Source of the DNA: an uncultured Desulfatibacillum sp.
GTDB lineage: Bacteria; Desulfobacterota; Desulfobacteria; Desulfobacterales; SpSt-501
Assembly (NCBI GenBank): GCA_964562235.1
Contig: CAZLSV010000012.1
Span: 9,263 to 67,615 of the forward strand
DNA: 58,353 nt
Direction of reading: 5' to 3'
Made by a program: the position numbers and the translations under genes. How positions within the stretch are numbered: position 1 is the stretch's first letter; each line of letters starts with the position of its first letter. Below, one piece after another: positions 16,693 through 25,398 of the stretch. The notes under the pieces were generated by a model, which did no database searches, had not been told where the DNA came from, and saw only the letters and a list, made by a program, of their open reading frames with translations.

Positions 16693-17629
16693 GATCTGTC
16701 ACGGACAGCGCCAGTGAGTTCCTCCTTGGTTAAAATACCGGAGGGCACGTACATTGATATTTCGCTTATGAAAATAACCAGTTGTCCAGGTTATGCAAAT
16801 TTTACATTTCGTATAGGTTTCGGCTCCTGCTTTTGGTTTTCTCGAACGGGTCCCACCTCCCAATCCACCCGGCGGAGACACTCTTTTAGCTCGACTACAC
16901 TATTTTGCTTTTTGGGTGGTGTAGTCTTCCAATCTTTAGGTGGCCGGCCGACTGCCAGGAAACAATCAACTGCTGGATACACCATTTTTTCCTTTAAACA
17001 CAACTTTTAATAATTGCTCCGGTGAAGTTTACAGACATCGACTAAGTTCTGGAACTATTTGGAAATCAGGGCATTCAGCTGATTCGAACCGACAGGTATA
17101 AAGTGGTGTAACTATGTGGCATCTCACCTTTTCAATTTTTTTCTTGATTTTACTTTGCTGGTTCGCTTATCTTAGCAATGTAGTTTTTCTCATAATTCCA
17201 TCGGGCCTGAAGCGACTTTTTTTGGTTTCACTGAACGGTTCGGACCTCATTTCTCCATCTGTTTGTCTCGAATAATGCTCCTTTAAATATTCCTTGAATT
17301 TTGCACCAAGTAGATATTTTTTGTTTTCATCGTGAAAAAATATCTTGCACGGAAGTCCGCCAGCATAGGGTGTTCACCAGTTGCCTTGTGTATGTGCCAG
17401 AGTTATGGCCTCGCTGGCAGGTGACTGCGTATAGTGGAAATGTGCCATTCTCTTATTTTGTGGCAGCCATGCAGCGGAGCACAATCACACCCACGGAAAA
17501 CAGATGCCTGCCAATAGCGAGCTCTTATCACTAATTCGACGTGTTGGAGAAGTTTCTACATCCTTGTGGGTTACGGCATAGGATTACTCTGCCGGGTAGC
17601 GGTTTCGTCCAACAATTAGGAGGAAAATC

Positions 17630-18337
17630 ATGAAACTGAACGGGAAATCACTATTTGTAAGCATTCTGGCAGTTGCCTGCGTTGTCACAACATCCGCCAT
17701 AGCGGACATTCAGGGTTCGGGTTTTAGTAACGAACGAGGAATAACGCTCACAGACCCAAGGGTCCGACTGGGGGTGCACTCCTCGAGTGAAACATTGCAG
17801 CTCGCCTGGTGTCAGGCGATGGGCGGTTATCCTAGCTATGAGGCGCAAGCCCGCGCACAGGCAGCCGAGCGTGCTTCCGCCAGACGGAAGGCCGACGAAG
17901 CAGCGAGTAAAGCGCAGAGCGCCCAGGTGATGACGGATCAGCAGTCGCTTAAGAATCTTGGCTATTACCGGGGCACGGTAGATGGGCGCACCGGCCCAGC
18001 GACTATCGGCGCGATTCGTCAGTTTCGCAGCGCTAACAATCTCGGTGACGGAACCACCCTCGACGCGAGCAGCCGGCAACTAATCACGAGTGGAAAAGCG
18101 GTCCGCAAGGAGTCATCCGTGAATATTGGCTATGCAAGCATGTTGCGCACCGATCAAAAGGCGCTCGCGGATCTCGGTTTCTACAAAGGGAAAGTTGATG
18201 GAATTCATGGCAGGATGACGAGCTCGGCGATCCGGGAGTTTAAGACCAAGAATGGACTGGACGCGAGCACCGATAAGCTCGATGCTGCTGCTCGTGCAAG
18301 ACTTACGGAACTGCACACAGCACAGTTTCCCCGGTAG
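17630..18337 (+). CDS. Secreted protein with two peptidoglycan-binding (PG_binding_1-like) domains
   Basis: Signal peptide. Two repeats: LKNLGYYRGTVDGRTGPATIGAIRQFRSANNL and LADLGFYKGKVDGIHGRMTSSAIREFKTKNGL. RBS AGGAGG. Confidence 0.7.
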   Translation: MKLNGKSLFVSILAVACVVTTSAIADIQGSGFSNERGITLTDPRVRLGVHSSSETLQLAWCQAMGGYPSYEAQARAQAAERASARRKADEAASKAQSAQVMTDQQSLKNLGYYRGTVDGRTGPATIGAIRQFRSANNLGDGTTLDASSRQLITSGKAVRKESSVNIGYASMLRTDQKALADLGFYKGKVDGIHGRMTSSAIREFKTKNGLDASTDKLDAAARARLTELHTAQFPR

Positions 18338-18355
18338 CCTTAAAGATCGACTGCT

Positions 18356-19303
18356 ATGAGCGGCATCTTGGAGGCCAAGGGCCATACCAATGGGGCGCGC
18401 GGACGGTGGCTGCTTCTGGCTGGAGCCGCTGCCGGCATCGCGCTACTTGCAGTGGGAGTCCTCCGTACGCCCACAGGTAACAAACCGGTGGCTGAGCAAC
18501 CTGCACATTCCACGCCTGCTCTCAATCGAGGCTTGCTCCCACCTGAGGCTGTCGCGCGGGTAAACGACCGGTTGATTACCCGCAAAGACTTCGAGCAGGT
18601 GCTCGCTCGGGAAGTCGAGGAGGGGGCTGTACCTGACGCATCTACAAAGCGCCTCATCCTCGACCGAATGATCGACGAAGAGCTCCGCGTCCAGCGCGCC
18701 ATCGAGCTTAAACTCCACCTGAGTGATCCGCGCGTACGAATGGATCTTGCTTCCGCGGTCGCGGAAGCCGCGGCCGTGACGGCCATGCAGGAGTCAACGG
18801 ATGAATCATTGCTACGCGCCTACTTTGATAGAAATCGGGATTATTTCGCCAGGCGCGGGCCGCTCCGCATGCGGCGAATCTGGGTCGCGATCGTGGGCGG
18901 AAATCTCGGCGAAGCCTTTACTCGCGCGCGAACGGCGATGACACGCCTGCGCGAAAAGCAGCCGTTCGATGTCGTGAAGGAAATCACTGGCAGAAACGAC
19001 CCGAGACCGATACCGGACGAACTGATGTCTCCTGACAGACTCATCGAATTGATCGGCCGCAGCGTGCTGAACGCCGCATTAACACTGCAGCCCGGTGAAA
19101 TCAGCGATCCGATTCGTACGATGGACGGCTTTAATGTGCTCCAGATGCTGGAGCGGCGCAATCACGTGAATCCCAGTTTTGAGGCCTGCCGTGAAGATGT
19201 TGAAGCCGAGTACTGGGCAGAGTTGGTGCGCGAGGCGCTGGAGGCCAATGCCGCAGGACTGCGCAAGTTGGCCATTATCCAGCGAGCAGACTTCTTCCAA
19301 TGA
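18356..19303 (+). CDS. Parvulin/PpiC-type peptidyl-prolyl isomerase (SurA-like)
   Basis: N-terminal TM/signal anchor. The C-terminal region resembles a PpiC rotamase (RRIWVAIV ... LQPGEISDPIRTMDGFNVLQMLER). Its stop overlaps the next start (ATGA). Confidence 0.5.
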   Translation: MSGILEAKGHTNGARGRWLLLAGAAAGIALLAVGVLRTPTGNKPVAEQPAHSTPALNRGLLPPEAVARVNDRLITRKDFEQVLAREVEEGAVPDASTKRLILDRMIDEELRVQRAIELKLHLSDPRVRMDLASAVAEAAAVTAMQESTDESLLRAYFDRNRDYFARRGPLRMRRIWVAIVGGNLGEAFTRARTAMTRLREKQPFDVVKEITGRNDPRPIPDELMSPDRLIELIGRSVLNAALTLQPGEISDPIRTMDGFNVLQMLERRNHVNPSFEACREDVEAEYWAELVREALEANAAGLRKLAIIQRADFFQ

Positions 19304-20499
19304 ATAGTCGGGCGCTTCGCCGCGTGACGCTCGCCGTGCTCGGCTTCGCAGTCCTCCCTGGCTTAACGAGCGCACACGACCGGACCACGTCATACTCTTC
19401 GTGGCGCATTTCAACACAGCGGGCAAAGATTGTCCTCACTTTGAATGAGGCAGACGCGGAGAGTCTGAAGTTGGCGGATCGGGAAGATGCGCTCGATCAG
19501 TATGCGATGAGTCGGCTCGCGCTTCTCGCGGACGGAAAACCGTGTGCGGTAGCCTCACCATTACGCCGGCTGGCTACTTCCGCAGGGCGGATACGATTCG
19601 AGTGGAGTGTCGCCATTCCTGCCAACACTGCGCTTGACATTCGCAGCGACCTGTTCGCCGAGGGCGGCTCCGGGCACCTCCATTTTGCGAGCCTGCACCA
19701 GACCCAGACCGATGGTGTTACGGAACGCGTGCTGACGAGTGCCGAACGATCTTGGCGCATCGAGTCGAATGGCAGCTTCACTCTTGAGAAAACGATGCCC
19801 ATTAGATTCATCGGCTACATGCTCGTGGGCGTGGAGCACATTTTAAGCGGCTACGACCATTTGGTCTTCCTGTTCGTACTCCTCCTTTCCGGTGGCACGT
19901 TTCGTGCGCTCGTGAGGGTCATCACCGGATTCACCGTTGGGCACAGTATAACGCTTGGCCTTGCAGTTCTCGGTGTCATCCGCCCCCAGAGCGCGCAGAT
20001 TGAGGCGCTCATCGGCCTCTCGATCGTGCTGGTGGCGGTCGAAAACGTTTGGCTGCTCGGGCGGACCGACCGTTTATTGCCCGTCACTACGATCTCCTTG
20101 CTCGCTGTGCTGGGCGGATTCGCTAACGCCGGTTTTGGACGCATCCCGGCTCTGTGTTGGTTCGGCATGGTAGTATTTCTTTCGTGCTACTACCCGCTGC
20201 TGCACCGTAGTGCCGCAGCTGAGTCCGCGCGATGGGTTGTTGCTCTGATTTTCGGGCTTGTTCATGGGTTCGCCTTCGCCTCTGTGCTGCAGGAGGCGGA
20301 AGTGACTGCAGATAGACTCGTTGGCGCTCTCCTTGGGTTCAACCTCGGCGTCGAAGCTGGCCAGATCGCGGTGGTGGCTGTGGCGTGGCCGATGCTATGC
20401 TTCGCAATGGCGCGATGGCGCGATAGCGTAATCGAGGTTGGGTCGGCCGTTGCCCTTTTGTTTGGCGTCTACTGGATGGCTGGGCGCAATTACCTCTAA
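19300..20499 (+). CDS. HupE/UreJ-family membrane protein with an N-terminal extracytoplasmic extension
   Basis: MLVGVEHILSGYDHLVFLFVLLL and GFTVGHSITLG motifs, with multiple TM segments. Confidence 0.65.
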   Translation: MNSRALRRVTLAVLGFAVLPGLTSAHDRTTSYSSWRISTQRAKIVLTLNEADAESLKLADREDALDQYAMSRLALLADGKPCAVASPLRRLATSAGRIRFEWSVAIPANTALDIRSDLFAEGGSGHLHFASLHQTQTDGVTERVLTSAERSWRIESNGSFTLEKTMPIRFIGYMLVGVEHILSGYDHLVFLFVLLLSGGTFRALVRVITGFTVGHSITLGLAVLGVIRPQSAQIEALIGLSIVLVAVENVWLLGRTDRLLPVTTISLLAVLGGFANAGFGRIPALCWFGMVVFLSCYYPLLHRSAAAESARWVVALIFGLVHGFAFASVLQEAEVTADRLVGALLGFNLGVEAGQIAVVAVAWPMLCFAMARWRDSVIEVGSAVALLFGVYWMAGRNYL

Positions 20500-20523
20500 C
20501 CGCTCTATTTTCACTGCCCTATT

Positions 20524-23500
20524 ATGCATGCAAATCCTCGATTTCCTGCAACGGCAAACCGACGCGTGCGAGTATTCGTGTCCTCGACGTTCCAGGACAT
20601 GGTCGAGGATCGCAATGAGCTGATGAGCCATACGTGGCCGCTCCTCCGTGTCTTCTGCCGAGAGCGACAGGTGGAACTGGTTGAAGTGGATCTGCGCTGG
20701 GGGATCTCTGAAGAGCAGAGCGAACGCAATGAAACACTGATATTGTGCTTAAACGAGATCCGCGCGTGCCGCCCGTTCTTCATCGGTCTCCTCGGCGAGC
20801 GCTACGGTTGGATTCCGAGTAAAAAGGCATTCACGCCGGACCTGCTTCAGGAGCAGCCATGGATTTCCGAGTCCGCGCGAAAGAGCATCACCGAGCTCGA
20901 GATTATGCACGGTGTGCTGAACGACCCCAATAGGGCGTTGCACGCGTTTTTCTATTTCCGCGACCCAGTCTATGCGGGCAACCGTGGGTGTGGGTTCTTG
21001 CCTGAGGACGCAGAGTCCGCGGTTCGCATGGGCTCACTCAAGGAGCGCATCAGAGCCGTGTGCGCCAAGGGGAAAATCACGCTGCACGAAGACTATTCCG
21101 GACCACGCGAGCTGGGGGAAGTCGTCCTGCAGGATCTCAAGGCGGCTATCGGAGCATGCTTTCCCGCGGAGGAAATCCCCGACCCTCTTACGCGCCAGGC
21201 GCTCGATCACGAGGCCTTGGCTGAGATCCTCCGCCGCACCTATGTCGCTTGCCCGGCCTATTTCGATAGGCTCGACAAGCTCGCGCTGGATTCAAGCCTG
21301 CCGCTGGCGGTGATCGGCCCTTCTGGCAGTGGAAAGTCGGCGCTGCTTGCGAACTGGATCCAGCATTGGCGGCAGGCGCAGCCGAACGACTTCGTTTTTC
21401 AGCACTTCATTGGAGCTACACACGACAGCACCGCGCATTGGGAAATCGCACAGCGACTCATCGGCGAAATCGCGCGATGGATAGGCGACGAAGATGATTT
21501 GCCACGTTCGCAGCCGGAAATTCTGAATGCTCTCCCGCACTGGTTGGCAAAAGCGCGAGCCAAGGCAGAACGGGATGGTGTGCGCTGCATCATAGCGTTG
21601 GACGCACTGAACCAGCTCAACGATCAAGACCACGCTCAACACCTCGGATGGCTACCAGAGGCCGCGCTCACGGGACCGCTTCGGCTCGTCGTCTCGACGA
21701 CGGGCGGCGACTCGCTCCGGGCTGTAGAATCACGAAAATGGGTCTGCTTGCCGATCAAGCCGCTAAAGCCAGGAGAATGCCGCAGCATGATCACTGGTTA
21801 TTTAGCTCTTTTCGGTAAGAAACTCGATGAGCGGCGATTGGAGCGCCTCGCTCTTACACCGACTTCAGGAAGTCCGCTGTACCTGAAAATCCTTCTCGAC
21901 GAATTGCGCGTGACGGGTGTTTACGACCGGCTGGATGAACGTCTGGATGATTACATTTCCGCAAGCAACATCCCAATGCTGCTAAGACAGGTATTGCGGC
22001 GATACGTGAACGATTACGAACGCGATCGTCCGGGACTCGTCGGCGAAGTCCTGGAACTCATTCGCGCCGCGCGCCGCGGACTTACCGAGGCTGAGATTCT
22101 CCGCCTGGTGCGGCCGGCGGATCTCCCGCAGTTGCCGCCTGCCGTTTGGGCACCGCTGCGAGCAGCGCTCGAAGAGGGTCTGGTAGATCGAGGCGGCGTT
22201 CTGAATTTCGCACATGATTTCCTGCGCACAGCGGTCAAGGAGGAGTTCGGGCTGTCTGGATCCATGACAGAACTGCGGCTGCGACTGGCAAAGGAATTCG
22301 AAGCGCAACCCGTATCCGCGCGAAGCTGCGAAGAGCTGCCCTGGCTGCTGTATCACACCGGCCAGTGCGACCGGCTGCGGCTTTGCTTGCTTGAGATCGA
22401 TCGTCTGATCGAAATTGAAAAGCGGGATGTGCAGGAACTGATGCACTACTGGATTTGGCTGGGCGAGGAGAGGACGATGGGGTGCGCGTACCTCGCTCCA
22501 TTTCGTGCCTGGTGCCAAGTAGTGCGCAACGAAGAAGCGCTGGCCTACGGTGCAAGCCATGTCGCATATTTTCTGAACGCAGCGGCGCTCTATTCGGAGG
22601 CGGAGCCGATCATGCGCGAAGTACTGGAGATGGTCGAGCAACGTCTTGGGGCGGATCACAAAGATGTGGCGCCGCACCTAAACAACCTCGCGCTCTTGCT
22701 CAAGGCCAGGGGTCGGCTCCGCGACGCCGTGCCCATGATGGAGCGCGCGTTAAATATCGCTGAGCGGTACTATGGACGCGCGCACCCCAACGTGGCAACC
22801 GCCCTGAATAATCTTGCCCAGTTGGTCGGTGAAAAAGGTGATCCTGCAGAGGCTGAGCGGATGATGCGGCGCGCGCTGGAGATCGACGAGGCGGAGTACG
22901 GCCCGGAACACGCGAAGGTCGCAACCCGCCTGAGCAATCTCGCGCAATACCTCCCGGCGCGCGGGTCGAAGGAGGCCGAGCAAATGATGCGTCGTGCGCT
23001 GGAGATCGACAACAAACGCCTCGGCAAGGATCACCCGGTCGTTGCAATCCGTTTGAACAACCTCGCGCAGTTTCTTCTTGCAACGGGCCGCCTGGGAGAA
23101 GCGGAACCAATGATGCACGAGGCGCTGAGAATCGACGAGCGAAGCCTCGGCAAAGCTCACCCCACAGTGGCGATTCGGCTCGGCAACCTGGCCCAATTGC
23201 TCCAGGCCAAGGGCCACTTCGACGAAGCCGAGATTCTGATGAAGCGAGCGCTCGAGATCGACAAACTTTGCCTCGGACCTGACCACTCTGACGTGGCGGC
23301 GGATCTCGCTGCCCTAGGCAGGTTGTACCAGGCTGGAAACCGGCTGACTGAGGCCGAGGCGAATCTCCGCAGCGCCATTCAAATAATCGAACGCAGTTCC
23401 ACGCGGAACTATCATAGGCTATTGGCCATCCTGGATCAACTCGCGCAAGTCCTCTACGAAGCTGACCGGTCGGAAGAAGCTGCTAACCTGACCAACAGAG

Positions 23501-24180
23501 CGATGCAAATTGCACAAGAGCGTTTCGGGCCGGAACACCCGAACACCGCCGAGCGCATGGACACCCGAGCGCGGTTGCTTCATGCCTGTGGTGAACTGGA
23601 GGAGGCGCAGACGCTTATGCGCCGTGCGCTGAAGATAGCGGAGGCACAAGTACCACCCCAGCCTATCGTGATAGCCAGCCGCCTCCGTAACCTTGCGCTT
23701 CTTCTGCACGACGACGGCCAGCTCCCGGAGGCCGCGTCGTTGTTTCGCCGCGCGTTGGAGATGTCAAAAGAAATTTATGGGTTGGAAGACCCGGAGGTTG
23801 CAACCTGCCTAGGAGACCTTGCCCGTCTGCTTCACGACTTTTCTGGGGGCGAGCTGGCGGAAGCGGAACACCTCTTACGCCGCGCAGTGACAATCAACGA
23901 GCGTAGATACCCCATAGATCATCCGGCCATGGTCGCGGACCTGAAGTCGATGGCGCGGCTGTTGAAAAAGACGGGCCGGCTCGCAGAGGCGAAAATCCTC
24001 ATGCGCCAGGCGTTAATAATCGACATCGACCGTTACGGCAAAGCCAGCCGGATTGTCTCTGACGACATTGATTGGATAGTACAGTTAGGGAGGTCTGAAC
24101 GCGAGGACCTGCACAGCGAATTGTCCGGTGATAAGAAGTTTCCTTTCTTCCATCCTGCCGAGCACATATTACAAAAATAA
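20524..24180 (+). CDS. STAND NTPase: DUF4062-like N-terminal domain, NACHT/P-loop domain and a TPR array
   Basis: 1218 aa. N-terminus RVRVFVSSTFQDMVEDRNELMSHTWPLLRVFC...LLGERYGWIP (DUF4062 pattern). Walker A VIGPSGSGKSALLANW. Walker B-like CIIALDALNQLND. About 12 kinesin-light-chain-type TPR units follow (…HPNVATALNNLAQL…AEAERMMRRALEI…). Confidence 0.85.
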   Translation: MHANPRFPATANRRVRVFVSSTFQDMVEDRNELMSHTWPLLRVFCRERQVELVEVDLRWGISEEQSERNETLILCLNEIRACRPFFIGLLGERYGWIPSKKAFTPDLLQEQPWISESARKSITELEIMHGVLNDPNRALHAFFYFRDPVYAGNRGCGFLPEDAESAVRMGSLKERIRAVCAKGKITLHEDYSGPRELGEVVLQDLKAAIGACFPAEEIPDPLTRQALDHEALAEILRRTYVACPAYFDRLDKLALDSSLPLAVIGPSGSGKSALLANWIQHWRQAQPNDFVFQHFIGATHDSTAHWEIAQRLIGEIARWIGDEDDLPRSQPEILNALPHWLAKARAKAERDGVRCIIALDALNQLNDQDHAQHLGWLPEAALTGPLRLVVSTTGGDSLRAVESRKWVCLPIKPLKPGECRSMITGYLALFGKKLDERRLERLALTPTSGSPLYLKILLDELRVTGVYDRLDERLDDYISASNIPMLLRQVLRRYVNDYERDRPGLVGEVLELIRAARRGLTEAEILRLVRPADLPQLPPAVWAPLRAALEEGLVDRGGVLNFAHDFLRTAVKEEFGLSGSMTELRLRLAKEFEAQPVSARSCEELPWLLYHTGQCDRLRLCLLEIDRLIEIEKRDVQELMHYWIWLGEERTMGCAYLAPFRAWCQVVRNEEALAYGASHVAYFLNAAALYSEAEPIMREVLEMVEQRLGADHKDVAPHLNNLALLLKARGRLRDAVPMMERALNIAERYYGRAHPNVATALNNLAQLVGEKGDPAEAERMMRRALEIDEAEYGPEHAKVATRLSNLAQYLPARGSKEAEQMMRRALEIDNKRLGKDHPVVAIRLNNLAQFLLATGRLGEAEPMMHEALRIDERSLGKAHPTVAIRLGNLAQLLQAKGHFDEAEILMKRALEIDKLCLGPDHSDVAADLAALGRLYQAGNRLTEAEANLRSAIQIIERSSTRNYHRLLAILDQLAQVLYEADRSEEAANLTNRAMQIAQERFGPEHPNTAERMDTRARLLHACGELEEAQTLMRRALKIAEAQVPPQPIVIASRLRNLALLLHDDGQLPEAASLFRRALEMSKEIYGLEDPEVATCLGDLARLLHDFSGGELAEAEHLLRRAVTINERRYPIDHPAMVADLKSMARLLKKTGRLAEAKILMRQALIIDIDRYGKASRIVSDDIDWIVQLGRSEREDLHSELSGDKKFPFFHPAEHILQK
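22540..24045 (+). repeat. Intragenic tandem array of ~126-bp (42-aa) TPR units
   Basis: Recurrent DNA and peptide units, e.g. ATGATGCGGCGCGCGCTGGAGATCGAC / ATGATGCGTCGTGCGCTGGAGATCGAC encoding MMRRALEID, spaced about 42 codons apart. Confidence 0.75.
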
Positions 24181-24267
24181 AACTATCACTGCCGTACAGA
24201 GGCGTTTAACCGCAGTTTTCATCTTCTCCCCCTCTTTTGGTTTATCATAAGCCTCGATTGTTTGCTG

Positions 24268-25347
24268 CTACGAAAAGTCTAACTCGGATGCCAGGGCGTT
24301 TATCTTGCTGTAATTTCGATTTTCATAAGGTTTGGAGTATTCTTCAAGGATCTGCAGCATTCGGGGGTGCATAAGGCACTGTCGAGCGACATTGCAGTCC
24401 TTGCAGGTGGTCTTCCCGGCAACGCCGATTTTCCCGACCCCCGCGAGCTCCCCCGAGCCGGCGGCTTTGATCACGGTTCCCAAACCTTGGGGCTCGACCC
24501 AGAATGCCAAGTGACAGTGCAGCGCCTCCACTTCAAGCCAGTCGCCTGCTTCCAAGGTCACGCAGCGCCACGTCCGCACCCCCCGCTCGGTCATGGGCTT
24601 GTGCCATACCTGCAAGCGGCCCTCGATGACACCGTAGATCTCGACCGCGGGTAGCCCGTGGACATGGACGTCCTGCTTGTCCCTCGGGGTGAAGAAGCTC
24701 CAGGTAAAGCCAAGGCCCTGCTTCTGGTAGGGAAGATAGGGGTCGGCCACGCGCAGGTTGAAAGCACGGTCGCCGGCCTCCAGAATGCCGCGGATGTCAG
24801 CCCCTTTCACATGCCGAACCCCGCCCTTGTTCCGGCCGGCCCAGTGAGAGGCCAGGGCGTCCATGCTGGGCTGCGAATAGGCGGAGTTTAGCAATTCCGG
24901 GTGCCGTTGTAGAATGAATCGGGCGATGGCGCGAACGTTCGGTTCTTTGGCGTTCTGCAGGATCTCATCCAGAGTCCACCAGACCGATTCACTCCCGTCA
25001 ACCTTCACAGAAGCAGCCGCCTCAGGGGTCAGCGAAACATCGACCGGGTAGAGAAACCACTGCTTGGTGAGCCCCGGATACCGCGGGCTCTCCCCCTCGT
25101 TCGGAATCATCCCAAGCTCGTTCTCAGGATAGTAGCTCAGCGGTGGAAGTCCAAGATCCTCCTCCATGGGACGGGCGAGCGCCGAGTATAGCCCCTCTCC
25201 CTGCCTGAACCTGGTCGGCGGAAAAGTCAGGTGCCCCTGCTTGCGAAGCATTAGAAATCGAACCGACCCTTTCTCATGGGCTCTCGTTCTAATGAGGCAA
25301 TAGAGCACAAGAGAGGCTCTATGATTTTCCAGTACGCCAGTCTCCAC
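24268..25347 (-). CDS. Nudix-like domain fused to a cupin domain, third gene of the TIR operon
   Basis: GTG start after AGGGGGA. Partly degenerate Nudix box GEGLYSALARPMEEDLGL. Cupin motifs DVHVHGLPAVEIYGVIEG and GDWLEVEALHCHLAF. Cys-rich tail CKDCNVARQC. Confidence 0.7.
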   Translation of the reverse strand: METGVLENHRASLVLYCLIRTRAHEKGSVRFLMLRKQGHLTFPPTRFRQGEGLYSALARPMEEDLGLPPLSYYPENELGMIPNEGESPRYPGLTKQWFLYPVDVSLTPEAAASVKVDGSESVWWTLDEILQNAKEPNVRAIARFILQRHPELLNSAYSQPSMDALASHWAGRNKGGVRHVKGADIRGILEAGDRAFNLRVADPYLPYQKQGLGFTWSFFTPRDKQDVHVHGLPAVEIYGVIEGRLQVWHKPMTERGVRTWRCVTLEAGDWLEVEALHCHLAFWVEPQGLGTVIKAAGSGELAGVGKIGVAGKTTCKDCNVARQCLMHPRMLQILEEYSKPYENRNYSKINALASELDFS

Positions 25348-25398
25348 CCCTATCCCCCTGAATTCGCCTAATTTGTAAATGCGGTAAATTTCCGAGAA

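Noticed and set aside
16693-17629. Small ORFs (16699..16881, 16714..17010, 16791..17003, 17301..17534) and a possible decayed mobile-element gene in the AT-rich gap
   Set aside because: None has a convincing start, RBS or motif. I could not recognise integrase or transposase signatures by eye, so no mobile element is called.
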